Source: Gemmatimonadota bacterium
Lineage (GTDB): Bacteria > Gemmatimonadota > Gemmatimonadetes > Longimicrobiales > RSA9
Direction of reading: 5' to 3'
Assembly (NCBI GenBank): GCA_040905425.1
Contig: JBBDRO010000105.1
Span: 30,733 to 76,069, forward strand
Length of the DNA stretch: 45,337 nt
Below the pieces are notes generated by a model that saw nothing but the letters and a program-made list of their open reading frames with translations, was not told the DNA's origin and did no database searches. Numbering within the stretch: the stretch's first letter is position 1; every line of letters starts with the position of its first letter. The translations under genes and the position numbers were made by a program. Shown piece after piece: positions 19,561 to 28,804 of the stretch.

Positions 19561-20559
19561 ATGACGTTCGACCGTCCTCCCATCCTCTCGCGCTGCCACT
19601 TCTGCGCCGCCGACTTTTCTCCCTTCGAGGAGGGCAGCGTGCCGCACGGCGGGCGCACGGCCTTCGATCCATGGCAGGGCAGGCTGTGGCGCATCTGCGG
19701 GCAGTGCGGACGGTGGAGCGCGGCGCCGCTGGACGCGCGCTGGGAGGCGCTGGAGGCGTGCGAACGCGCCGCGCGGGACCGCGGGCGGGTGCGGCTGGAG
19801 ACGCAACACCTCACGCTGCTGCGGGTGGGCGGCGCGGAGCTGGTGCGCGTGGGGCGTGCGCCGCGCCCGGAATTCGCGGGTTGGCGCTACGGGGACCGGC
19901 TGCCGGAGTGCCGGCCGCGCGGCTGGTGGGCCGGCCTGCTGGCCCGTATCACGGCGCTCCCTGGCGCACCGCCGGGCGGCGTGGACTTTCACGGTCAGCC
20001 GCATGGCCACCCGGGCGCCTGGGCGGCGGCGGCGTTCGCGGAGCACGGTGCGGCGCTGGACTACGTCTTCCGCCACGTGCCGATGGCCCCGTCGTGCCCC
20101 GGCTGCCAGGGCCCGCTGCCCCTGGCCGGCACCGCCTTCGCCGATCTGCGTCTGCTGGATGAAGGTTCCGGGCCCGCGGTGACGGCGCCCTGCGCGCGCT
20201 GCCGGACGGAGGTGCTCCTGCCGCTCGCCACGGCCCGGGCGGCGTTACGTCTGGGCCTGGCGGTGGTCAACCGGCCGCTGCGGCGCGTGGCCACGGCGGA
20301 GGCCGCCGGCGTACGCGTGGAGCGCGCGGGCGGCAGGCAGTCGTTCGTGCACGGCCTGGCTCGGGAGCACGTGGCGCTGGGGGAGCTGGAGCCCACGGAG
20401 CGGCTGGGACTCGGACTGGCGCTGGATGAGGAAGCCGAGGCCGAGTTGCTGGAGCAGGAGTGGCGGGAGGCGGAGGAGCTGGCGGCGCTGATGGACACCG
20501 AGTTGAGCCGCGTAGAGGGCTTCGACGCCCTGCGGGACCGGGCCCTCGAGGATGACTAG
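19561..20559 (+). CDS. Hypothetical protein with four CxxC pairs (putative zinc ribbons)
   Basis: CHFC, CGQC, CPGC and CARC; acidic helical C-terminus; fills the gap between flanking genes. Confidence 0.7.
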   Translation: MTFDRPPILSRCHFCAADFSPFEEGSVPHGGRTAFDPWQGRLWRICGQCGRWSAAPLDARWEALEACERAARDRGRVRLETQHLTLLRVGGAELVRVGRAPRPEFAGWRYGDRLPECRPRGWWAGLLARITALPGAPPGGVDFHGQPHGHPGAWAAAAFAEHGAALDYVFRHVPMAPSCPGCQGPLPLAGTAFADLRLLDEGSGPAVTAPCARCRTEVLLPLATARAALRLGLAVVNRPLRRVATAEAAGVRVERAGGRQSFVHGLAREHVALGELEPTERLGLGLALDEEAEAELLEQEWREAEELAALMDTELSRVEGFDALRDRALEDD

Positions 20560-20699
20560 CGTGGCGTTCGGCCGACCGGCAGGGTGGACATTTCGGGAGT
20601 GCGCATGACCGGGCGGGCGCCGACCGGAAGCACGGCCGCGGGCAGGTGCGTAGCGCGCGCGCGGAACCCGGCGCGGCGTCGTCGCTTACAAAACGGGCT

Positions 20700-21179
20700 T
20701 CAGATGGTCTCGATCGGGCAGGTCAGACCCTCCCACTTGAGTTCCTTGCCCTCGCCCTGGCAGGCGCCGCAGATGCCATAGATCTGCAGGCGGTAGCGGG
20801 CCGGGACGAAGTCGTGGCGGCGCGCGGCCTCCTCGTGGAGGCGCACCAGTTCGGGCGAGTGGATCTCCTCCACCTTGCCGCACTCGGTGCACACCAGGTG
20901 CTCGCGGACGGGCTTCTGGCCGAAGAGGTGCTCGTAGCGCTTGAAGCCCTCGCCGAAGTCGTGCTCCGCCACCAGGCCGCTCTTGACCAGCATCTCCAGC
21001 GTGCGGTAGATGGTGGCCTTGCCGATGCGTTCGCCACGCTCGCGCAACAGGGACTCGATCTCCTCCACGGAGAGATGCTCGCTGGAGCCGAAGACCACCT
21101 CGGCGATGGCCTCCCGCTGCTGCGTGACGGGGAGCCCCTGGTCGCGCAGATAGCGGCGAAAGAGGTGGACGAACGTCAT
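20700..21179 (-). CDS. fur: Fur-family transcriptional regulator
   Basis: TQQREAI, HLSVEEI, ATIYRTL, HLVCTECG and GICGAC motifs; AGGAGG before ATG 21179. Metal specificity unknown. Confidence 0.88.
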   Translation of the reverse strand: MTFVHLFRRYLRDQGLPVTQQREAIAEVVFGSSEHLSVEEIESLLRERGERIGKATIYRTLEMLVKSGLVAEHDFGEGFKRYEHLFGQKPVREHLVCTECGKVEEIHSPELVRLHEEAARRHDFVPARYRLQIYGICGACQGEGKELKWEGLTCPIETI

Positions 21180-21289
21180 ACGGCATCCTCCTGCGGCTCG
21201 GCCCGCGGACCGGGCGCCGCGAGCGATACGGATAGGGAATCGATAGCGCATCACCGCGTCGCGGGCAACGCGCTGTGTGCCAGGGTATG

Positions 21290-21832
21290 CTACCCCGGGG
21301 ACGGGTTTTCCATCCCGTCCCCGGGGGGCGGGGCGGCATCCATGGAGGGGTCCGGGGGGCCGGCCTGCTCCGCCGCGGCCTCCGCGGGCGGCTCCGCCGG
21401 GTCCTCGGAGGCAACACTGCCGCCCAGTTCTTCGATCAGCGTGGCCCACGCCCCGGCATTGCCGGCCAGCGTCACCTCCCGCGGCGGCGCGTCCCCCACC
21501 TCGTCGCCGACGCGGCGCACCACGCCCTCCACCACCCGCGGTAGCGCGTCGACCGGCGCCAGCGCGTGTTCGTCCACGCGCTCCTCCACCGTGCCCTGAC
21601 CGCGGTGGTTGCGCGTGACGCGGAAGTGCGCCGTGAGCACGCGCCGCCGCTCCGCGTGCTCGGCGAAGGCGGCCACCACGATCACCGTGCTCTCCACGTT
21701 GCCCGCCCGCCGGGTGGGGAAGAGCCACAGCACGTCCATGGTGTCCACGGGGAGGACGGCCGGCAGGCGTTGCAGGAGAGCGTGGAGGGCGCCCTCGTCC
21801 TCACCCGCGTTGACCCACTTCTCGACGCTCAC
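21290..21832 (-). CDS. Hypothetical protein
   Basis: 180-aa ORF with a GTGA overlap to the upstream DHH gene. Confidence 0.7.
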   Translation of the reverse strand: MSVEKWVNAGEDEGALHALLQRLPAVLPVDTMDVLWLFPTRRAGNVESTVIVVAAFAEHAERRRVLTAHFRVTRNHRGQGTVEERVDEHALAPVDALPRVVEGVVRRVGDEVGDAPPREVTLAGNAGAWATLIEELGGSVASEDPAEPPAEAAAEQAGPPDPSMDAAPPPGDGMENPSPG

Positions 21833-22899
21833 TCGCCCTCCCCGGCACGCACCGCGCGCCGCACGGCGTCCAGCACCCGCGCGCGCGCCTCCTCGAGCGG
21901 CGCACCCATGAGCGCGCCGCTGGCCTTGCGATGCCCGCCGCCGCCGAACTCGCGGGCCACGGCGTTGACGTCCACCGCGCCGCTGGAGCGCAGGGACACC
22001 TTGGTGCCGTCCCCCTGTGTGGGGCGGAAGAGCAGCGCCACCTCGGTGCCGTCGACCGAGCGGGCATGCTCCACGATCCCCTCCAGATCATCACTGTCGG
22101 CGCCCAACCCCTCCATGATGCCGCGCTCGATGGTGATCCAGGTGATGGGCAGCGTGCCGTCTACCTCAAGGTTACCCAGCGCGTGGCGCAGCAGGTGGAC
22201 GCGGCGCAGCGGCACCCTGGCGTAGATGCGGCGGTAGACCGCCTCGGGGTCCACCCCCTGCGCCAGCAGGTCGCCCGCCACGGCGTGGGCCCGGGGACTG
22301 GTGTTGGAGAAGCGGAAGGAGCCCGTGTCGGTGAGGATGGCGGTGTAAAGCGCCTCCGGGATGGGCGCGGCCCACGGCGTCGGGACTGCCGCCACCACGA
22401 ACAGATCGCGAATCAGCTCGCCCGTGGCGCACGCGGTCGCGTCCTGGAAGACGATGCCTTCGAAGCCCGTGGCGGGGGGCGGGTGGTGATCGATCACCGC
22501 CACGGGCACGCCGGCCACGGCGCCGGCCACGCGCCCGATCCGGGACGGCTCTCCGGTGTCCAGCACGAGCAGCAGATCCGCCCGCTTGCACACCTCGGCG
22601 AAGCGTGCGCTGCCGGGCTCCGGCACCTCGGCGCCCTCCCGCAGCAGGTGGCGGAAGAGTTCCGGGAAGGGTGTGCCGTTGGCAATGGCCACCTCCTTGC
22701 CCAGACCGCGCAGCCAGGCATCCATGGCCGCCTCCGAGCCCGCGCCGTCACCGTCCGCGTTGACGTGCGTGGTAAGCACGATGCGCTGTGCCCCGCGCAG
22801 TGCCGCGAGCACGCTGGCCAGCCCCTCGCGCCGCGCCTGCGGGACGGCTGCCACCGTGTCCGCGCCCGGCCGAGCGCCGGCCGCTGTTGATCCGTTCAT
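21829..22899 (-). CDS. nrnA: DHH/DHHA1 phosphoesterase (bifunctional oligoribonuclease/pAp phosphatase)
   Basis: HVNADGD, IDHH, TDTGSF, SLRS and GGGGH..ASG motifs. Confidence 0.88.
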   Translation of the reverse strand: MNGSTAAGARPGADTVAAVPQARREGLASVLAALRGAQRIVLTTHVNADGDGAGSEAAMDAWLRGLGKEVAIANGTPFPELFRHLLREGAEVPEPGSARFAEVCKRADLLLVLDTGEPSRIGRVAGAVAGVPVAVIDHHPPPATGFEGIVFQDATACATGELIRDLFVVAAVPTPWAAPIPEALYTAILTDTGSFRFSNTSPRAHAVAGDLLAQGVDPEAVYRRIYARVPLRRVHLLRHALGNLEVDGTLPITWITIERGIMEGLGADSDDLEGIVEHARSVDGTEVALLFRPTQGDGTKVSLRSSGAVDVNAVAREFGGGGHRKASGALMGAPLEEARARVLDAVRRAVRAGEGE

Positions 22900-23585
22900 A
22901 CTTGCTCCGTTCCCGTCCAGGTAGATTCGCGCGGCAGGCGCTTGCGCACCTTGGCCCAGGTGGACGCCAGGTGGACCAGGCGGGAGGCGGCCACGCCGTG
23001 CAGCGTGGCGTGCGCCAGCGCCGCCAGAAAGGACGCCGGATCCCCGATGTCGAAGTCCGGCAGCCGGATATGGGTCCCGCCCACCTCCGCCAGCGTGTGG
23101 GCGTCCGACCCCGCACCCAGCGGCAGGCCACGCTCCTGGGCCCAGCTCACGGCCCGCTCGTTCAGGGCGGGATCGTGGATGCGCCCGTTGAAGCCCTCCA
23201 CGGCGTGCACCAGATCGGCCACTTCGGGCAGGATGGCGCCGCCGCCACCCTTGCCGCCCGTGAACGGGTGCGGCACGTACACGATGCCGCCCTGCTCGCG
23301 AATGCGCAGACAGGTTTCGCGCGCCGGCGTGCCGCCCGGGATCTCCTCGCGCAGGAAGAGGCCGATGATGTCCACGCGCTCGGCCGTCTTCACCTCCTCA
23401 CCCACGATGACCTGCGCCGGATGGCGGCGCTGCAGCCAGCGCGCCGCGTCCAGCGTGTCATGGTCGGTGACGCAGATGCGCTGGATGCCCCGCGCCACCG
23501 CGGCGGCCAGCACCGCCTCCGGATCGGAGAGGCAGTCGAAGGAGGCCGCCGTGTGCAGGTGCATGTCCAGGCGCAGGCCGCTCAC
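22896..23585 (-). CDS. PHP-domain phosphoesterase
   Basis: DMHLHT.ASFD, TDHD, GEE, PHPF and GSDAH motifs. Confidence 0.88.
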   Translation of the reverse strand: MSGLRLDMHLHTAASFDCLSDPEAVLAAAVARGIQRICVTDHDTLDAARWLQRRHPAQVIVGEEVKTAERVDIIGLFLREEIPGGTPARETCLRIREQGGIVYVPHPFTGGKGGGGAILPEVADLVHAVEGFNGRIHDPALNERAVSWAQERGLPLGAGSDAHTLAEVGGTHIRLPDFDIGDPASFLAALAHATLHGVAASRLVHLASTWAKVRKRLPRESTWTGTEQV

Positions 23586-24235
23586 GGCGCGCCCCGCCGC
23601 TCGCCGTGCGCGGCTGCCTGCCGCTCCACCTGGCGCCAGGCAGCGACGGCGCGGGCGCGCAGCTCCTCGAGCGTACCGTCGTTGGGCACCACCAGATCCG
23701 CGCGCGCGGCCTTGTCCGCCGCCGCTCCCTGGCTGCCCATCATGGCGAGCGCCTCGGCCTCCGGCAGCCCACGCAATTCCACCAGGCGGCGCAGACGCTC
23801 CGCCTCGGGCGCGTCCACGAACACCACCAGGTTCATGTCGGCGTCACGACCCACCTCGAAGAGTAGCGGCACCATGTGCACCACCACGTCGTGGCCCGCG
23901 GCGCCCAGGCGCGCCTCCTCGGTCCGGCGCAGCCGCTCCACCTCGGGGTGCGTGAGGGCCTCCAGCGCCTGGCGCTCCGTGGGATTCGCGAACACGCGCC
24001 GGCGGAGCGCGGCGCGATCCAGCCCGCCATCGGGGGCCAGCACCTCGCCGCCGAAGCGGGCAGCCACCGCCGCCAGCCCCGGCGTGCCGGGCGCCACGGC
24101 CCGGCGGGCAAGCTCGTCCGCGTCCACCACGGCCGCACCCAGCGCGCGCCAGACGTCCGCCACCGCGGACTTGCCGCTGGCAATGTTGCCGGTGAGTCCC
24201 ACGCGAAAAAGGGCGGGTCCGGGAACGTCGGTCAC
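23582..24235 (-). CDS. coaE: Dephospho-CoA kinase
   Basis: GLTGNIASGKS, DAD, LDRAALRRRVF, THP and PLLFE motifs. Start estimated at GTG 24235. Confidence 0.92.
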   Translation of the reverse strand: MTDVPGPALFRVGLTGNIASGKSAVADVWRALGAAVVDADELARRAVAPGTPGLAAVAARFGGEVLAPDGGLDRAALRRRVFANPTERQALEALTHPEVERLRRTEEARLGAAGHDVVVHMVPLLFEVGRDADMNLVVFVDAPEAERLRRLVELRGLPEAEALAMMGSQGAAADKAARADLVVPNDGTLEELRARAVAAWRQVERQAAAHGERRGAP

Positions 24236-24251
24236 GAAGGCAGAGGACGCG

Positions 24252-24653
24252 TCAGAACGTGAGGGTGCGCGTGAGGTCATCCTCCGTACCGATCTCACCA
24301 TCCTCACCCGGCGAGCCGATGGTCACGCCCGTGCGGCTCTGCCTTAGGTAGTAGTCGTTCCCCCAGGCGTCCTTGCCGTCCCGGCCCGAGAGGGTGTTGC
24401 GCTGCACCCACGCCGGGAAGTTGCGCGGCGTCGGCAGCGGGATGAGCGACTTGTGGTCCTGCGAGAGCTCCCGTACGAGCAGGACGATCTCGTTGCGCGT
24501 GTTGTAGCGGCGAATGGGGTTCGCCGCCCACGCCCCCACGGGTCCCAGGCGCACGAAAACGGGCTCGGCGATCCGTGCCAGGCGTTGCCGCGTGGCCGGA
24601 ATGGTCCAGGCCAGGCCAAGGATCACGACCACGATGAGTAGCTTCTTGATCAT
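24252..24653 (-). CDS. Small membrane-anchored protein with a GspG (T2SSG)-like C-terminal motif
   Basis: N-terminal hydrophobic helix; DAWGNDY...IGSPGEDGEIGTEDD resembles the GspG DPWG..Y..S.G.DG..GT.DD motif. Confidence 0.7.
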   Translation of the reverse strand: MIKKLLIVVVILGLAWTIPATRQRLARIAEPVFVRLGPVGAWAANPIRRYNTRNEIVLLVRELSQDHKSLIPLPTPRNFPAWVQRNTLSGRDGKDAWGNDYYLRQSRTGVTIGSPGEDGEIGTEDDLTRTLTF

Positions 24654-24889
24654 TGCTTCTCCACTGCGGACCGCACGCCGTCCGCCAGTGCCCACCGCAG
24701 GTAACGCTCCAACGCGCGGGCCGGAGGCAGCTGGCTGGCGGCACCGTAAGCGGTCTCCAGGCGCCAGGCCACGTACGCGGCCGGCGGCAGGGGCAGAAAG
24801 GGCCAGCGCCGCTGCCAGCCGCGCGCGCGAAAGCGCCAGCTGGCCCGCAGCAGCAGCGGGAGTAATGCCGGACGGCGCACCGCGTACAT
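24650..24889 (-). CDS. Small hypothetical protein (true start may be somewhat upstream)
   Basis: RGWQRRWPFLPLPPAAYVAWRLETAYG; its stop overlaps the ATG of the next gene. Confidence 0.6.
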   Translation of the reverse strand: MYAVRRPALLPLLLRASWRFRARGWQRRWPFLPLPPAAYVAWRLETAYGAASQLPPARALERYLRWALADGVRSAVEKQ

Positions 24890-25100
24890 GGCCAGCGTAC
24901 GGAGCAGGACGGGATAGCGCAGGTCAGTCAGCTTGCCACCCGCGGGCTCGAAGACATGGCCAGCCCGCCGCGGCCCTGGAGCCCCGCGTCGGGCGCGGGC
25001 CGCGTTCGCGACGCCGCAGCAAGAAGATAGACCCCCGCAGGCGAACGTGTAAACCTCTGCCACGGGCCGCGCTCCGCCCGCCCGGGCGCGCCCGCCGGGG

Positions 25101-25129
25101 TGGCCACCCTCCAACCCCGCCGGTATAAT
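25101..25129 (+). promoter_or_regulatory. Putative sigma70 promoter of the E1 gene
   Basis: TGGCCA-17 bp-TATAAT (perfect -10), about 80 bp upstream of the ATG. Confidence 0.6.
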
Positions 25130-25208
25130 ACGACGCTCCCCGGAGGGGGGCCGCGCCCTCCGCAGCAGGACTCCGGGGGCCGCGTCACGACCACCCGCGC
25201 CGCGATCC

Positions 25209-27422
25209 ATGGCAACCAGGTCTCCCGGCTCCAAGCCTCGCAAGAAGAAGCCGTCCCCGGCCAAGGAGAAACCCTCCTCGGCCAAGGAGAAAGCCTCCTC
25301 GGCCAAGGCAAGGCAAGCCGCCGCGGACGGCAAGGGCCCATCCGAGCTGGACGGCGCGGCGCTGCTGGCCTTCTACCGCACCATGGTGACGGCGCGGCGC
25401 ACCGATGACCAGGAGATGAAGCTCAAGCGCCAGAACAAGATCTTCTTCCAGATCTCGGGCGCGGGGCACGAGGCGGTGCAGGTGGCCGTGGCGGACCATC
25501 TGCGCCCCGGCCGCGATTGGTGCTACCTCTACTACCGGGACCGCGCGCTGGCGCTGGCGCTCGGCGTCTCCCCCTACGAGCAGCTGCTGGAGGCCGTGGG
25601 CGCCGAGGCGGATCCGGCCAGCGGCGGCCGCCAGATGCCCTCCCACTGGGGCCACCGCCCGCTGCGCATCGTGAGCGTGTCCTCCCCCACCGGCACGCAG
25701 TACCTGCAATCGGTGGGCTGCGCCGAGGCCGGCTGGCGGGCGCTCCGCGACCCGGCCATGCAGGAGGCCATCGAGGCCTTCGACGAGGACGAGGTAGTGC
25801 TGTGCACCACGGGCGAGGGCCAGACCTCGCAGGGCGAGTGGTGGGAAGCCATGAACACCGCCTGCAACCTGGCTCTACCGGTTGTGTTCCTGGTAGAGGA
25901 CAACGGCTACGCCATCTCGGTGCCCGTGGAGGTGAACACCGCCGGCGGCAGCATCAGCAAGCTGTTCGGCGCCTTCCCGGGCATGCACCTGGAGGAGTTC
26001 GACGGCGGCGACGTGCGCGCGAGCCACGCCGCCGTGGGCCGCGCCATCGAGCACTGTCGCGCGCGCGAGGGCCCCGCCCTGCTGCACGCCCACGTCACGC
26101 GGCCCTATTCGCACTCCATGTCGGACGACGAGCGCCTCTACCGCACGCCGGCGGAACGCGAGCAGGAGGAGCAGCGGGATCCGCTCACCCGCCTCCGCGA
26201 GTTGCTCATCGCCGAGAAGCATGCCACCGCCGAGGAGCTGGACGCGCTCGAGGCGGAGGTGGCGCAGGAGGTCCAGGAGGCCTCCGACCGCGCCCTGGAC
26301 ATGCCGCAGCCGGCGCCGCACACCGCCATGGACTTCCTCTTCTCACCGGACGTGGACCCTCGCTCCGACGAATTTGCCACGGAGCCCGCCTTCGAGGGCA
26401 CCGAGACCACCATGGTGGACCTCATCAACGCCTGCGTGCGGGATGAGATGGAGCGCGATCCGCGCATCGTGGTGTTCGGCCAGGACGTGGCCGACGCCAG
26501 CCGCGAGGAGGCGCTGGAGGAGGTGAAGGGCAAGGGCGGCGTCTTCAAGTGCACCTGGGGGCTGCAGCGGAAGTTCGGCAGCAACCGCGTGTTCAACTCG
26601 CCGCTCGCCGAAGCCAACATCGTGGGGCGCGCCATCGGCATGGCCACGCGCGGTCTCAAGCCCGTGGTGGAAATCCAGTTCTTCGACTACATCTGGACCG
26701 CCATGATGCAGATCCGCGACGAGCTGGCCACCATGCGCTACCGCTCGGGCGGCAACTGGTCCTGCCCCGTGGTCATCCGCGTGGCCTACGGCGGCTACCT
26801 CAAGGGCGGCGGCATCTATCACTCCCAGACGGGCGAGACGCTCTTCACCCACACGCCGGGACTACGCGTGGTGCTGCCTTCCAACGCGCTGGACGCCAAC
26901 GGCCTGCTGCGCACCGCCATCCGCTCCGAGGACCCCGTGCTCTTCCTGGAGCACAAGCACCTCTACCGCCAGGTCCACAACAAGGGCCGCTATCCGGGCA
27001 GGGACTACATGGTCCCCTTCGGCAAGGCGGCCGTGGTGCGGGAGGGCACGGACGTCACCGTGGTGGCGTGCGGCGCGCTGGTGAAGCGCACCATGGACGC
27101 GGCCAGGCTGCTGGAGCAGGAGGGGGTGAGCGTGGAGGTGCTCGACCTGCGCACGCTGAACCCGCTGGACATGGAGACCGTGGCCGCCTCCGTGAAGAAG
27201 ACCAACAGGGTGCTGGTAGCGTACGAGGACAGCCTGTCGTGGGGCATCGGCGCCGAGATCGCCGCCCGCATTGCCGACGACCTCTTCCCCTGGCTGGACG
27301 CCCCCGTCAGGCGCGTGGCCTCACTGGACACCTGGGTGGCCTACGCGCCGCAGCTGGAGGATGCCATCCTGCCGCAGGTGGAGGACGTGCGGCAGGCACT
27401 GGCGGAGCTGGCGGCGTACTGA
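25209..27422 (+). CDS. Fused alpha/beta E1 component of a 2-oxoacid (likely branched-chain) dehydrogenase
   Basis: GAGHEA, YYRDR, GRQMPSH, TPP motif GEG...[30 protein letters not shown] and DPVLFLEHK. Confidence 0.93.
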   Translation: MATRSPGSKPRKKKPSPAKEKPSSAKEKASSAKARQAAADGKGPSELDGAALLAFYRTMVTARRTDDQEMKLKRQNKIFFQISGAGHEAVQVAVADHLRPGRDWCYLYYRDRALALALGVSPYEQLLEAVGAEADPASGGRQMPSHWGHRPLRIVSVSSPTGTQYLQSVGCAEAGWRALRDPAMQEAIEAFDEDEVVLCTTGEGQTSQGEWWEAMNTACNLALPVVFLVEDNGYAISVPVEVNTAGGSISKLFGAFPGMHLEEFDGGDVRASHAAVGRAIEHCRAREGPALLHAHVTRPYSHSMSDDERLYRTPAEREQEEQRDPLTRLRELLIAEKHATAEELDALEAEVAQEVQEASDRALDMPQPAPHTAMDFLFSPDVDPRSDEFATEPAFEGTETTMVDLINACVRDEMERDPRIVVFGQDVADASREEALEEVKGKGGVFKCTWGLQRKFGSNRVFNSPLAEANIVGRAIGMATRGLKPVVEIQFFDYIWTAMMQIRDELATMRYRSGGNWSCPVVIRVAYGGYLKGGGIYHSQTGETLFTHTPGLRVVLPSNALDANGLLRTAIRSEDPVLFLEHKHLYRQVHNKGRYPGRDYMVPFGKAAVVREGTDVTVVACGALVKRTMDAARLLEQEGVSVEVLDLRTLNPLDMETVAASVKKTNRVLVAYEDSLSWGIGAEIAARIADDLFPWLDAPVRRVASLDTWVAYAPQLEDAILPQVEDVRQALAELAAY

Positions 27423-27429
27423 GGCGGTC
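27402..27429 (+). repeat. Left copy of a 28-bp direct repeat (att-like) covering the E1 3' end and stop
   Basis: GCGGAGCTGGCGGCGTACTGAGGCGGTC; 27/28 identical to 29584-29611. Confidence 0.9.
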
Positions 27430-27620
27430 CCTGCGGGGCACGGAGCTCCTGCGCTAGTCGGTCGTGGGCGGACGCGGCCAGTCGAGGATGTCCCCGGGCC
27501 GGGGACCCACGAGGGGTCTTCACTCCTCGCAACATGCGCCGAAACAGCCATGAATGTGCAATCCCCCGACCCCATGCGTATCGCATTCGACGACTCCAAC
27601 ATCCGCGGGCGATAAAAGGC

Positions 27621-27649
27621 TTGACATCCGCCCCCCCCCCAAGCATGTT
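27621..27649 (+). promoter_or_regulatory. Putative sigma70 promoter with a C10 homopolymer in the spacer
   Basis: TTGACA (27621-27626), 17-bp spacer TCCG-C10-AAG, CATGTT (27644-27649); A-rich GATAAAA just upstream. Confidence 0.65.
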
Positions 27650-27702
27650 CTGGATGTAGCACTTCTGTTCGCCCCGGTTGATGCCTACCACCTGGGGGGG
27701 CC

Positions 27703-28785
27703 GTGCAAACGTCCCGGGCCGAAAGCCTCCTGCTGTTGGCCGTTGCGGCGCTCGACTCCAATCTCGCCGCTGGGCAGTCGGCAGCCACGATCGAGGACTG
27801 CGTCCGATGCGACATGCATGTGGAGCGCATCGCCACGTTCGGGGGCGACGAGCGCGACTACGATATCCGGCACGGCGATCGCAAACTCGTTCGCCTCCAG
27901 GACAGCACTTTCCTGGCTGTCCCGTTCACGGCCGACCACATCCTCCGCCTGGACCATCACGGCAACAAGCTCGCGGTGATCGGACGCCCCGGCAGCGGTC
28001 CGGGGGAGTTCCGGAACATTAATACCCTCACGCTCGGCCCTGGCGATAGTATCTGGGTACACGAACACACCCGCCTCCAGGTGCTTGGTCCAGATGGGGC
28101 CTACGTCAGATCAGTTGAACTAGCCGTTACCCCGTTGACCGTACTTCCGGCCGGTCCGGATGCCTACTTGATGGCCGTTGAGATTCTCACGCCGGAACTG
28201 GCCGGATATCCACTTCATATCCTCGACAAGGCTTCGGGCAAGCTCCGCTCCTTCGCTGATGGGCCGATCGTTCGCGATCCTAATCGTCCCACGTCGGTGT
28301 ACCGCACCATCGAGGTTGCTGGCAAAGTTGCCGTTACCAGCAGTTGGAAACGATACGAGTTGACCTACTGGCAACTTCCCGAGATGACGCGTACGCGGGT
28401 GCTGCGGCGCGACGTCGATTGGTTTCCCCCCGACGACTTCACCCCCTGGCCGGGGCCGGCCTCCGCAATGCCACCGAAGCCCAACTTGTTCGCGCTGGAC
28501 ATCGACAACTGGAGCCACACTTGGGTGGTGGTGAACCGGGCAGCGGATGATTGGCGACCGAATCCGGATGATGATACCCATGGTCGCGCTACGGCCAACG
28601 GACATTACAGGAAAGCCATCATCGAGCGGATCGATCCGCAGGAAGGACGCGTTGTCGGCAGGGCCATCCTTCCGAACACGGAAGTGATCGGCTTCGCCGG
28701 AGATGCCCTTGTGTACAGCTACAGGGAATCGCCAGCGGGTGCGATTCTGGTGGATGTCTGGCAGCTCACTCCGAATCCTTCCTAG
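27703..28785 (+). CDS. Secreted 6-bladed beta-propeller (NHL/TolB-like) protein
   Basis: Signal-like N-terminus, CVRC, IGRPGSGPGEF...LGPGDSIWV blade motif, GAYVRS. Confidence 0.75.
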   Translation: MQTSRAESLLLLAVAALDSNLAAGQSAATIEDCVRCDMHVERIATFGGDERDYDIRHGDRKLVRLQDSTFLAVPFTADHILRLDHHGNKLAVIGRPGSGPGEFRNINTLTLGPGDSIWVHEHTRLQVLGPDGAYVRSVELAVTPLTVLPAGPDAYLMAVEILTPELAGYPLHILDKASGKLRSFADGPIVRDPNRPTSVYRTIEVAGKVAVTSSWKRYELTYWQLPEMTRTRVLRRDVDWFPPDDFTPWPGPASAMPPKPNLFALDIDNWSHTWVVVNRAADDWRPNPDDDTHGRATANGHYRKAIIERIDPQEGRVVGRAILPNTEVIGFAGDALVYSYRESPAGAILVDVWQLTPNPS

Positions 28786-28804
28786 CTCCAGCTTGGAGGC
28801 AGCC

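Noticed and set aside
25810..25925. GEG instead of GDG in the E1 TPP motif, and the alpha/beta fusion
   Set aside because: Both are known in fused E1 proteins.
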